The notes under the pieces are model-generated. The model saw only the letters and a program-made list of their open reading frames with translations, was not told the DNA's origin and searched no databases. Made by a program: the position numbers and the translations under genes. Of a stretch of 64,000 bases of DNA, positions 30,661-41,442 are shown piece after piece. Within the stretch, counting starts at the first letter, position 1; the number at the start of each line of letters is the position of its first letter. Source of the DNA: an uncultured Planctomycetota bacterium (GTDB taxonomy: Bacteria > Planctomycetota > Planctomycetia > Isosphaerales > Isosphaeraceae); contig CAWJTV010000024.1 of the NCBI GenBank assembly GCA_963845755.1, forward strand, positions 64,001-128,000, written 5' to 3'.

Positions 30661-31376
30661 CGCGCCTAGCCGACCTCAAGGTCAAGATCTTCGCCGACGG
30701 CGCCGACCGCGCCGGAATGCTCGACCTGTACCGCAACCCGATCATCAAGGGTTTCACGACCAACCCGACCCTGATGCGCAACGCCGGCATCGGCGACTAC
30801 GAGGCGTTCGCACGCGACATCCTCCGAGCGATCCCCGACCGGCCGATCTCGCTGGAGGTCTTCTCCGACGAGTTCGCCGAGATGGAAACGCAGGCCCGAC
30901 GGATCGCGTCCTGGGGCGACAACGTCTACGTCAAGATCCCCGTGACCAACACCCAGGGCGAGTCGTCGGTCCCGTTGATCCGCCGGCTGGCCCGGGAGGG
31001 GGTGAAGCAGAACGTGACGGCGCTGATGACCGTGGCGCAGGTCCGCGACGTGGCCGCGGCGCTGGGCTCGGGACCGGCGGCCTGCATCTCGGTGTTCGCG
31101 GGGCGCATCGCCGACACCGGACGCGACCCCGTGCCGCTCATGGCCGCCGCCGTGCACCTGATGGCCATGTATCCCCAGCTCGAGCTGATCTGGGCCAGTC
31201 CGCGCGAACTGCTTAACATCTTCCACGCCGATTCGGTCGGCTGTCATATCATCACGGTCACCCACGACACGCTCAAGAAGCTGTCGCTCGTCGGCAAGGA
31301 CCTCGATGAATACTCGCTGGATACCGTGAAGATGTTCCGCAATGATGCGGTCAAGGCCGGCTTCCAGCTCGGTTGA
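30657..31376 (+). CDS. transaldolase (short FSA/TalC type)
   Basis: IFADGAD, GFTTNPTL, VYVKIP, SVFAGRIAD and WASPRE. Confidence 0.9.
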   Translation: MTRLADLKVKIFADGADRAGMLDLYRNPIIKGFTTNPTLMRNAGIGDYEAFARDILRAIPDRPISLEVFSDEFAEMETQARRIASWGDNVYVKIPVTNTQGESSVPLIRRLAREGVKQNVTALMTVAQVRDVAAALGSGPAACISVFAGRIADTGRDPVPLMAAAVHLMAMYPQLELIWASPRELLNIFHADSVGCHIITVTHDTLKKLSLVGKDLDEYSLDTVKMFRNDAVKAGFQLG

Positions 31377-31665
31377 GCGTCCCGAGTCCGCAAGGCCGTC
31401 TCGCCCACCCGCTCGAGGAGCTCCGTTACAAGGTCGACAATCGCTTGCAGTCCTACTACAACCAGGCCCGGAAACGCGCCGGCGGAGTCCGGCCTCCCAA
31501 GTACCCGATTTACAGCTAAGCCCCGCACGACCATCCTTGCCGTGGACCGTGCTCGAGCTCCTCGCCGAAAGGAGACCCGACCCATTAGCAGGTTGATGTC
31601 TGAGTCGTCTGCATTCCGAGCTCCGATACCGCCTGCGGAACCCGATCGAGTACCGGCTCGACCTC

Positions 31666-32806
31666 ATGAAGGCCGGCCTCCGGCGGGTTCTGAAGCCGGG
31701 AGTTGAGACCATCCGCTTCCTGATCGTCAGCGACGGGGGTGCGACCGCGAGCGAGGCGCAATTCAACCCGTTGCGGCACCATGCGACCGCACTGCGGGAC
31801 CGGCTGGGAGTCGTGTTCCAACACATGCGCCTCCCGGAGGGCCTGCGACTCGGCCGGGCCGACCTCGCCTCCTTCCACGCCATCGGGCTAAAGCTGTCGT
31901 TCCGGACGCCCGATGCGGAAGCGATCCGGATCGCCTCGCACTTCCGCGGTCGGATTTCCGAGGCCGGCACGAAACTCGTGTACTTCGACGGCGACGACGA
32001 TGTCTGCGTCCAGTGGCCGGAGGTGCTGCGGACCGTCGATCTCTACGTGAAGAAGGGAGTCTTTACTTCCGGCGACGATTACCTCCGCGAATTCGCCGGC
32101 AAGAGCAACCTGACCGACTACGTGGCGCGGGAGCTCGGCACCCCGGCGCCGACGGATATCCCGAGATCGGGGGTGCTCCAGCCCTCGGACCTCACCAAGA
32201 TCCACCTGGGATGGAGCACCGCGCTGGATGACAAGCACGCCGATTTGTTCCGGGAAGTCAAGCCGCCGCCGGCGGCGAAGAAGGACGTCGACATCCTCTG
32301 CCGTGCCTCCCTCCCGAAAGACTGGAGCTCCCCGTTACGCGGCGCGGTCGCCCCGAGGCTGGAACCGCTGCGCGACCGCCGTCGCATCATCCTGTCGATA
32401 CCCACCAACCGCGTCCCTCGACGAGAATACTACGACGAATTGCTCCGATAGCCGGATCTGCATCAGCCCGTTCGGTTACGGCGAGGTCTGCGGCCGCGAT
32501 ATCGAGGCGACCCTCTGTGGCTGCCTCCTGCTCAAGCCCGACATGGGCCACCTCCGCTCCCATCCGGACATCTTCGTACCCGGCGTGACCTACGTCCCCG
32601 TGCGGTGGGATTATGCCGACCTGGCCGAGACTTGCGAGTATTATCTGGACCGGGAAGAGGAGCGAGCCCAGATCGCTGCCAACGCCTACCGGGTATTGGC
32701 CAATGCCTACGGTTCCGATGCATTCGTCGCGATGTTTGCCGGCGTGCTCGAGCGGCTCGGGCTCCAATCTGCCGGGCTAGCACACCGAGCCGCCCCTTCG
32801 GGATAA
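31666..32806 (+). CDS. GT-B glycosyltransferase-like protein (frameshift near 32445)
   Basis: ORF 31666-32451 continues as SRICISPFGYGEVCGRDIEA..CG.LLLKPDM...TYVP. Confidence 0.75.
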
Positions 32807-33017
32807 TCCTCGCGATGAATCGTGCGGTTCACTCATCCTGGCCGCGCCGATCGGCTCGGCTCGCATCACCCGTTGCTCCCGCTTCCGTAGGCGAGACCCG
32901 CGACCATGCCGAGCCCCGTCCGGTTCTCGATCGAAGCCAGGCGAGGTCGTAGCACCCCGCGTCTTGTCACCCCTCCGCGGCGATCCCCACACCATCGATC
33001 AAAGGCGACCTGTTGAC

Positions 33018-33941
33018 ATGATTCAAAGTCAAACCGACGATCTGCCGATCATACGGCCGCGGTCCTCCCCCCCTTCGCCGGCGTCCGCGGCCGACCACTC
33101 GCCCGAGGACGAACCGGCCGATACGTTCGAGACGGTGATCCGTCCCCACAAGGGGTGGATCGCCATCGACTGGAAGGAACTGCTCTCTTATCGGGAACTG
33201 CTCTGGTTTCTGCTCTGGCGCGACGTCGTGGTGCGGTACAAGCAGACGATCCTGGGCGGCGCCTGGGCCGTCCTTCAGCCCTTGATGACGATGCTGATCT
33301 TCACCTTCGTCTTCAGCCGTATCGCCAAGCTTCCCTCCGAGGGCTTTCCATACCCGGTGTTCGTCTTCGCGGGCCTGATCCCCTGGACGCTGTTCTCGCA
33401 AGGGATGCCCCAGGCGGCGACGAGTCTCGTGAGCCAACAGCAACTGCTGACCAAGGTCTACTTCCCCCGCCTCTTCGTGCCGACCGCGGCGGCGACCGTC
33501 TACTTGGTCAACCTGGCCATTTCGCTGGTCCTTTATGGGTTCATCCTGCTCTACTATCACGTCGTGCCGGCCTGGACGGCGGTCTTCCTCCCGGTGTTGA
33601 TCTTTCTGACGCTGATCAGCACGCTGAGCCTGGGCTACCTGTTCTCGGCCCTCATGGTATTCTACCGCGACGTCCGCCACGCGATCCCGTTCCTGACGCA
33701 GATGTTCCTGTACGTCTCCTTCGTGATCTACCCCGGGAGCGAGATCAAGAATGATTTATATAGGCATATTCTCTCAATAAATCCGATGTTCGGCCTCATC
33801 ATGGGTTATCGTTCGGCCATCCTGGGGATCCCCTGGGACCGCACCTGCCTGGCGATCTCCACGGCGAGCGCGATGCTGTCGTTCGTCCTCGGCCTCTTCT
33901 ATTTCCGACGCACCGAGCGCCGCTTTGCCGACTTCATCTGA
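33018..33941 (+). CDS. wzm: polysaccharide ABC transporter permease
   Basis: YRELL, RYKQTILG.AWAVLQP, KVYFPR, YRDV and RRTERRFAD. Confidence 0.93.
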   Translation: MIQSQTDDLPIIRPRSSPPSPASAADHSPEDEPADTFETVIRPHKGWIAIDWKELLSYRELLWFLLWRDVVVRYKQTILGGAWAVLQPLMTMLIFTFVFSRIAKLPSEGFPYPVFVFAGLIPWTLFSQGMPQAATSLVSQQQLLTKVYFPRLFVPTAAATVYLVNLAISLVLYGFILLYYHVVPAWTAVFLPVLIFLTLISTLSLGYLFSALMVFYRDVRHAIPFLTQMFLYVSFVIYPGSEIKNDLYRHILSINPMFGLIMGYRSAILGIPWDRTCLAISTASAMLSFVLGLFYFRRTERRFADFI

Positions 33942-34018
33942 TGCGTCACGACAGCGGCCGGCTCCCTCCGGCCGCCAGCATCGGGGCTTTCACAGGATCG
34001 AGGATTGGACCATCAACC

Positions 34019-35337
34019 ATGAGCCGACCCATCATCGTCACCGAGAACATCGGCAAGTGTTACAATCTCGGCAAATTACAGCAGTCTTCCATGATGAAAT
34101 CCTACGCTGCCGGGAACTTCACGCTGCGTGAAGCCGTCAGCCGGACGGTGGACGCCGGGTTGCGTCGCCTCAAGGGGGATCGGCGGGAGTCGAACGATCG
34201 AGATAGCGTCTTCTGGGCGCTGCGGGACATCTCCTTCGAAGTCCAGCGGGGCGAGGTGGTCGGGCTGATCGGACGCAACGGCGCGGGCAAATCGACGCTG
34301 CTGAAGATCTTCAGCCGGATCGTCGAGCCGACCGAGGGGTTCGCACGGCTGCGCGGGCGGGTGGCCTCGCTACTGGAAGTGGGCACCGGATTTCATCCCG
34401 AGCTCTCGGGACGCGAGAACATCTACCTCAACGGGGCGATCCTGGGGATGAAGCGGGCCGAGATCGACCGCAAGTTCGATGAGATCGTCGCCTTCGCCGA
34501 ATTCGAGCAATTCCTGGATACGCCGGTGAAGCGCTATTCCTCGGGCATGTGCGTGCGGCTGGCGTTCGCCGTGGCCGCCCACCTCGAGCCCGAGATCCTG
34601 ATCGTCAACGAAGTCCTGGCGGTGGGCGATCACGCGTTCCAGAAGCGATGCCTGGGCAAGATGCACGACGTGGCCTCGGGCGAGGGACGAACCGTCCTGT
34701 TCGTCAGCCACAACATGGGAGTCCTCTCCCAGCTCTGTCAACGGGGGATCTACCTGGAACACGGACAGATCAAGACCGTCGGCCCCATCAAGGATGTGAT
34801 CGAGACCTATCTCCGATCGAGCCTGGATCAGAACTCCGCGCAGCCCAGTTCCCCACCGATCCGGCCAAGGCCGCCCAGTTCGTCTCGGCGGAGATCGTCC
34901 GGAGCGATCGCAGCCTGGGATCGGACTTCAGTTGCGACGAGCCGGTGATCATCCGGCTGCAATACGAGGTGCGCAAGCCGGTCCCCGGCACGTTCCTGAC
35001 CCTCTACCTCCAGAACCTCGAAGGGATCCGCGTCCTGTTTTCCGACATCTGTGACACCAACCCGTCAGCCACCGAGAATCTGGCCACACGACGGCATACC
35101 TTCGAGATCCAAATCCCCCCGAGACTGCTGTCGCCGACGACCTATTTGCTGTCGATCAGCAGCGCCAGCAAGTACATCGGGCCCATCGACCACCAACACG
35201 CCTGCTGCGAGTTCACGCTCCGCGATTTCGCGGTGCCCGAAAAGATCCGGCCCGAGAACCGCCCCGGCGTGCTGGGAATTCGGCTCCCGTGGGAACATCT
35301 GCCGGACCGGGCGGAAACGGTCTCGGCCGCGCCCTGA
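34019..35337 (+). CDS. wzt: polysaccharide ABC transporter ATPase with C-terminal carbohydrate-binding-type domain (frameshift near 34838)
   Basis: Walker [15 protein letters not shown] signature, Walker B ILIVNE (D to N) and FVSH. The C-terminal domain is in ORF 34549-35337. Confidence 0.9.
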
Positions 35338-35404
35338 TTCGCGCCGCGGATGTCCCCGAATTCCTGGCGAGACCCCCGAGAACCGACCCGAGGACACCAG
35401 CCGG

Positions 35405-37414
35405 ATGGAAAGCAGTCCCACCCTCATATGCCTCATCATGCTGCTCGGCCTGGCCCCCCTGACCGTGATGTTCTTCATGGTCCTGCCGTCCCGGCGCGCG
35501 ATGGTGCTCGGGGCGATTGTTGCGTCGGTGCTCCTGCCGCCCATCGCCATCGATTTCCCCGGCCTGCCGCCCTACGACAAGTTCATGGCCGCGTCCATCG
35601 GCATCCTGTTCGGCACGCTGATCTTCGACATGGGTCGAATCGTGTCCTTCCGACCCCGCTGGTTCGACCTTCCGATCCTTTTGTTCTGCCTGAGCCCCTA
35701 TGCCTCCTCGATTTCTAACAACCTGGGACCATACGATGGCCTGTCTGCCTCGTTCCGCCAGACGGTCCAATGGCTGCTCCCCTACCTGATCGGGAGACTG
35801 TATCTCACCGACGCCGAGAGCTTCCGGGAGCTCGCAACCGGCATGATCATCAGCGCGGTCTGCTTGCTGCCCTTCTGCTTCCTCGAGATGAGGATCGGCG
35901 CCCAATTGCAGCAGCGAATCTACGGCACTGGCGGATGGGAGGGTATGAGGGACGGCGGCTATCGCCCCCGGCTCTTCTTCCAATCCGGGCTCGCGCTCGG
36001 GCTCTGGATGAGCACGACAACGCTGTTGGCCTGGTGGTTCTGGCGAGTGGGCCGGTTCCGAGCGTTGTGGGGATTGCCGGCCGGCAGCGTGATTCTGCCC
36101 GCCCTGGCGATCACCTCGCTCCTGTGTAGAGCCCGAGGCGCGACACTCCTGGGCCTCACTGGCTGTTTCGCGCTCTGGTCCTGCCCGCGGTTCAAGTCCA
36201 AATGGATAATGTGGGGCCTGCTGGCCATCGCACCGACCTATTGCTTCCTTCGCATCACAAACCTCTGGACGGGCGAGAACGTCGTCAACCTGCTCGAGGC
36301 GTATGTCAGCAAGGAACGATCCATTTCGGTCGATGCGCGTCTACGACAAGAAGACGTGCTCATCGTGAGAGCCCTGAAGCAACCGATCTTCGGCTGGGGC
36401 GGCTATAATCGGGCCCGCATCCTCGAGGATGAAATCACGGATGCCAGGGTCGCGGTCGGCGTCCAGGATCGCATCAGATACCTGCAGAATGTCAACTCAC
36501 TCTGGAGCATCGTTCTCGGAGAGCAAGGATTCGTCGGCCTGATGACAATGACGATCGCGATGACCCTGCCGGTGATCCTGTTCCTGGTGCGCTTTCCCGT
36601 GGGACAGTGGGGCCACCCCGCCCTGGCCCCCGTCACCGTGATGGCCGTGATCCTGTCTCTCTTCCTGCTCGATAGCCTGGCCAACGCGATGCTCAACCCG
36701 ATCTATCTCATGATCGCGGGCGGGCTGCTCAACATCAACCCGGCCCGCGTCAGGCTGGAGGCATCAGCTCGTGTCGCCGGGTCGCGCACGGCGAGCGGTG
36801 GCCGGGACGAGGCAACCGTCGCGGTCGCCACCGGGTCCCTGGTTCCCGGCAACGACCTGGCGGCTCGCTATCAGTCCCTGGGACGCGCCGCGAAGGATCG
36901 CGGTGAACTCTGCGAGGCGGAGGCTGCCTGGCAGCATGCGCCTCGACCTCCTGGCCAGGTCGCTGGCGATCCATCGCGAGCATCCGGCGCTCCGCCGGCG
37001 TTGGTGCGACTGCGCCAATGACCTGGCCTGGCTGTTGGCCTGCGCGGCGGATCCGGCCGTCCGCGACCCTGCCGGCGCCGTAGCACTGGCCGCCAGGACG
37101 GTCGAGAGGATCCCGAGTGCAGCACCTACTGGAATACCCTGGGGGTGGCCCACTATCGTGCCGGCAATCTCCGGGCCGCGATCGCCGGCCTCGACCAGGC
37201 CACCGCCCTGGGTAACGGGGGCACCGCCTTCGACCATGTCTTCCTGGCCATGGCCCATGCGCGGTTGGGCAACCCGGACGACGCTCGACGGTGGTTCAAC
37301 CTGACGCTGATCGAGATGGAACAGGATCCACCGGGTCATGCGGAATTATGCCGTCTCTGCGAGGAAGCCAGTACCCTCCTGTCCGCAGCCTCCACCGCAA
37401 TCGCCGCTCCTTGA
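35405..37414 (+). CDS. O-antigen ligase/Wzy-like membrane protein fused to a C-terminal TPR domain (frameshifts near 36940 and 37120)
   Basis: About 12 TMs with YRPRLFF, PIFGWGG and GEQGFVG. The tail reads NDLAWLLA...YWNTLGVAHYRAG...FLAMAHARLG across three frames. Confidence 0.75.
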
Positions 37415-37525
37415 CGTCCCGATACCGGCACCCGGCCTGCGCCGAAAACCGTTCTATGGTTCTCGAAAACCTCGTCGAGACGCGATCGCCAGCCGACGTG
37501 ACGGAGGCGCCGCGAGGAAGGTCCC

Positions 37526-38563
37526 ATGAAACTATTGATCGCGATCAGCTCGTATCGCGTGACCGGCCTCACGATCGACTGCCTGCGATCGCTGAGCCAA
37601 GAGATCCACCGAGTCCCCGGCACGAGAGTCGGGGTGTGCGAGAACGGGACGGGTGGCGACGCCGCCGAGCGGCTGCGTCGGGCCATCGACGAGAATGGGT
37701 GGAGCTCGTGGGTCGAGCTGATCGAGGTCCATCCGAATCGGGGGTTCACGGGGGGGACCAATGCGGTGATCCGCCCGGCGCTGGAGTCGGATGACCCGCC
37801 CGAGTACGTGCTGCTCCTGAACGCCGACACGATCGTTCTGGAGCACGCGCTGGATACCCTGGTCGCGTTCATGGACGATCATCCCAAAGCCGGAATGGCC
37901 GCGAGCACTTTCCTGTCACTGGCAGGAAAAGTCCAGCCGACGGTGTTCCGCTTTCCCGGGATCCTGAACGAGCTGGACCGAGGGCTGCGGTCGCAGATCG
38001 TCTCGAAGTTGCTGTCACCCTGGGCGGCCGTACCGCCGCCGCCGAAGCAGACCTGCAAGGCGGACTGGCTCTGCGGGGCCGGCGTGATCCTCCGCCGGAC
38101 CATGCTGGAGCAAATCGGTCTGCTGGATGAGGGCCTCTACACCTATTTCGACGACGTGGACATGGGCCTGCGAGCGAGGCGGTCGGGCTGGGAAGCCTGG
38201 TACGTCCCCGAAAGCCGGATCATCCATCTCGAAGGGGAATCGACCGGGGTCGCCTCGCATCAGAAGAAGCCGAAACGTCTTCCGGCTTACTGGTATCAAG
38301 CACGACTGCGGTTATTCCTGAAGCATTACGGGGCCTTGTACACGGCACTGGCGGACTCCGCGTTCATCTTCGGATATGCCCTCTGGCGACTGCGGCGGCG
38401 GCTCCAGCGCAAGCCGGACGTCGACCCGCCACAGATGCTGATCGACTCGATCCGCCACAGCGTCTTCTGCGCGGGGTTCAAGGTTCGTGTGGTCGAGAAT
38501 CCCGCGCTCATGCCGAACGCGGAAAAACGGAACACGGAAAACTGGAGCCCAGCAACGAAATGA
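37526..38563 (+). CDS. GT2 glycosyltransferase
   Basis: NRGFTGGTN, LLLNADT, DEGLYTYFDDVD and HLEGES. Confidence 0.9.
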   Translation: MKLLIAISSYRVTGLTIDCLRSLSQEIHRVPGTRVGVCENGTGGDAAERLRRAIDENGWSSWVELIEVHPNRGFTGGTNAVIRPALESDDPPEYVLLLNADTIVLEHALDTLVAFMDDHPKAGMAASTFLSLAGKVQPTVFRFPGILNELDRGLRSQIVSKLLSPWAAVPPPPKQTCKADWLCGAGVILRRTMLEQIGLLDEGLYTYFDDVDMGLRARRSGWEAWYVPESRIIHLEGESTGVASHQKKPKRLPAYWYQARLRLFLKHYGALYTALADSAFIFGYALWRLRRRLQRKPDVDPPQMLIDSIRHSVFCAGFKVRVVENPALMPNAEKRNTENWSPATK

Positions 38564-39559
38564 AGATTTTCGCCACCGGCCATCGCGGTTATATCGGGGC
38601 CCATCTGGTCGATGTGCTCAAACAGGAGGGTCATACCGTCATCGGCTGCGACGTCGGTCTTTTCGAGGGGTGCCAATGGGAACCCCTGGTCGATCCCGAC
38701 CGCGAGCTGGTCAAGGATGTCCGCAAGATCGAGGCCCGGGACCTCGACGGCTGCGACTGCGTCATGCACCTGGCGGCGATCTCCAATGACCCGATGGGCG
38801 AGCTCAATGCCCAGCTCACCTTCGATATCAATCGGGACGCCTCGATCCGCCTGGCGGAGACCGCTAAGCGAGCCGGCGTGCCGCGGTTCCTCTTCTCCGG
38901 GAGCTGCTCGATCTACGGCCAGGGGGAGAAGCTCGACCTGGCCGAGACCGACCCGCTCAACCCGCTGACCGCCTATGCCCGGTCGAAGATCGAGACCGAG
39001 CAGGCCGTCTCGAGGCTGGCCGATGCATCCTTCAGTCCGGTCTATCTCCGCAACGCCACGGCCTACGGTCATTCGCCGATGCTGCGGATCGACCTGGTGG
39101 TCAACAACCTGCTGGCCTCGGCGATGGCCTACGGCGAGATCCGCATCCAATCCGACGGCACGCCTTGGCGGCCCTTGATCCATTGCCGCGACATCGCGCC
39201 GCGCCTTCGCGGCCTTCGCCGCAGCACCCCAGGAGGTCGTCCACAACCAGGCCCTCAACGTCGGCGGCAACCCGGAGAATTACCAGGTCCGCGATGTCGG
39301 CGACCAGGTCCAGCGGCTGATCCCCACGGCGCGGGTCGTCTACACCGGTGAGGTCGGCGCCGACCCGCGGAACTACCGCGTCAACTTCGACCGGCTCAGT
39401 CGGCTCCTGCCCAATTTCCGGCTCCAGTACAACCTCGTCAGCGGCATGGAGGAGCTCCACCGCAAGATGGTCGAGCACGGCTTCGCCCAGAAGGACTTCG
39501 AGGGTGAGCAGTTCGTCCGCCTCCGCACGCTCAAGCACCGCTTCCACCTGCTCAGTTGA
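38560..39559 (+). CDS. NAD-dependent nucleotide-sugar epimerase/dehydratase (frameshift near 39198)
   Basis: TGHRGYIG, HLAAISNDP, YARSK and SDGTPWRP, then in the next frame ALNVG..ENYQV...DPRNYRV to TGA 39559. Confidence 0.88.
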
Positions 39560-39578
39560 CCCGAGGACCCGAGAACCG

Positions 39579-40127
39579 ATGATCTTCACCGAGACACCCC
39601 TCAAAGGTGCGTTCCTGATCGACCTGGAGAAGCGCGGCGACGAGCGCGGCTTCTTCGCCCGGGCCTTCTGCGTGCGCGAGTTCGCCGACCATGGGCTGAC
39701 AACCCAGATCGTCCAGGCGAACAACTCGCTCAGCGCCACGAAGGGGACCTTGCGCGGCATGCACTACCAGCTCGCCCCCAAGGCCGAGACCAAGGTTGTC
39801 CGCTGCTTCCGCGGGGCCCTGCACGACATCATCCTCGATCTGCGTCCGGACTCGCCGACCTTCGGCCAGACATTCGGCGCGGACCTGACGGCCGATAACC
39901 GCCGCATGATGTACGTCCCCAAGGGATTCGGGCACGGTTTCATGACCCTGGCCGACGACACCGAGGCCCTCTACCTGGTCGACGAGTTCTACGAACCGCA
40001 ATACGAGCGCGGCGTCCGCTGGAACGACCCACGATTCGCGATCCCGTGGCCGGCCCAACCGGTCGTGATGTCCGAGAAGGACCGCAACTACCCCGACTTC
40101 GATCCGGCCTGGCACCTGACGGCTTGA
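39579..40127 (+). CDS. rfbC: dTDP-4-dehydrorhamnose 3,5-epimerase family protein
   Basis: DERGFFAR, GTLRGMHYQ, DLRPDSPTF, PKGFGHGF and WNDP. Confidence 0.92.
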   Translation: MIFTETPLKGAFLIDLEKRGDERGFFARAFCVREFADHGLTTQIVQANNSLSATKGTLRGMHYQLAPKAETKVVRCFRGALHDIILDLRPDSPTFGQTFGADLTADNRRMMYVPKGFGHGFMTLADDTEALYLVDEFYEPQYERGVRWNDPRFAIPWPAQPVVMSEKDRNYPDFDPAWHLTA

Positions 40128-40249
40128 GCTCATCCGTCCCGGTCCCGGGGGCCCCGAGTCCTTCGTCCTCGGTCGGACACGACGGCGCTCTCGCCGTTGA
40201 GAACGAGACTTCGGGCGGGTGGAACCGATATAAGCAAAAGGATAATCTG

Positions 40250-41380
40250 ATGACAATAAATCAGATCGGATCGGCGGTTGCTCCGTCTCCTGAAGCGAGA
40301 TCGAACGGGATCAACCTGCCCGGCGCCTTGATCATCGGAGCCGCCAAGTCAGGGACGACAACCCTGTTCGACTATTTGCGCCGCCACCCGCAGATCTACC
40401 CGAGCCCGATCAAGGAACCGTCGTTCTTTTCTTTCCCGACCGGCGGGCCGCGGCCCCAGCCCTGGCTCGGAATGTGCGGATTCCACCACCATCGCCGACG
40501 CCGAGAGCTCTATCAAGTCCTGGCACGGTGCGGGTTCTTTCGCAAGACCGGGCCCCGGAAGCTCGATCCCTTCGCCCTGCCCGCGGATGCGATCCCGGCC
40601 GACTTGACCTGGGACGCGGCCCTGCCCTATTACCGGGCGCTTTTCGCGAACGCCCGACCCGACCAGATCTGTATGGAGTCATCCACCGACTACACGCGCT
40701 GGCCGCAGGTTCCCGAGGTCCCCTCCCGGATCGCCTCGATGTTGCCCGACGTCAAACTCATCTACCTGATGCGCCATCCCGTCGACCGCGCTTACTCCCA
40801 CTTTGTCCACAACGTGCTGAGCTCATCGCCCGACTGGAAATGGAGAGGCAAGACTCTTCGCAAGCCGTCGGACTTGACCTTCGAGACCTACATCGAAGAT
40901 GAGGAGTCGTGCCTCGATAGCAGTGATTACATGATGCAAATCGAGCAGTTTCTGGGTCACTTTCCCAGGGAGCAGCTCCTGTTCCTGTTTCTCGACGACC
41001 TGGAGAAGGCCCCTCGATCGGTCTTGCAAAAGGTGTTCGAATTCCTGGAGATCGAAGACCGTTCCGACGCGATGATGGAGGCTCCGATTCGATCCAATGT
41101 GGCGGCGACCCGGGAAGAGGGGGTCCTGAGGCAATGGGTCACCAGAATGTTCCATCAGAACCGAATGATGCGGACGGTGATTCGCATGGTACCCCGGCGA
41201 TTGTGGACCCACGTGGAGACTCTCATGGTTCATTCGCCGCATGGCCGGCGGATACGTGCAGGGTGCCGCATGCAGCCGATGCGGACGGAGACGCGGCAGA
41301 CCTTGATCGAGCGGTTCCGGGAGCCGAACCGGCGGCTGAGCGAATTCCTCGGCGTCAACCTGAGTCACTGGAACCGCTAA
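40250..41380 (+). CDS. PAPS-dependent sulfotransferase
   Basis: 5'-PSB loop IIGAAKSGTTTL, KEP.FF, ESSTDY and 3'-PB motif MRHPVDRAYSH. Confidence 0.88.
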   Translation: MTINQIGSAVAPSPEARSNGINLPGALIIGAAKSGTTTLFDYLRRHPQIYPSPIKEPSFFSFPTGGPRPQPWLGMCGFHHHRRRRELYQVLARCGFFRKTGPRKLDPFALPADAIPADLTWDAALPYYRALFANARPDQICMESSTDYTRWPQVPEVPSRIASMLPDVKLIYLMRHPVDRAYSHFVHNVLSSSPDWKWRGKTLRKPSDLTFETYIEDEESCLDSSDYMMQIEQFLGHFPREQLLFLFLDDLEKAPRSVLQKVFEFLEIEDRSDAMMEAPIRSNVAATREEGVLRQWVTRMFHQNRMMRTVIRMVPRRLWTHVETLMVHSPHGRRIRAGCRMQPMRTETRQTLIERFREPNRRLSEFLGVNLSHWNR

Positions 41381-41442
41381 CTCTTGGAGGCGCGGCCCGT
41401 CCCCATGGCGGATGCCGGGGATCTCCGCCGCGACGGAATCCG

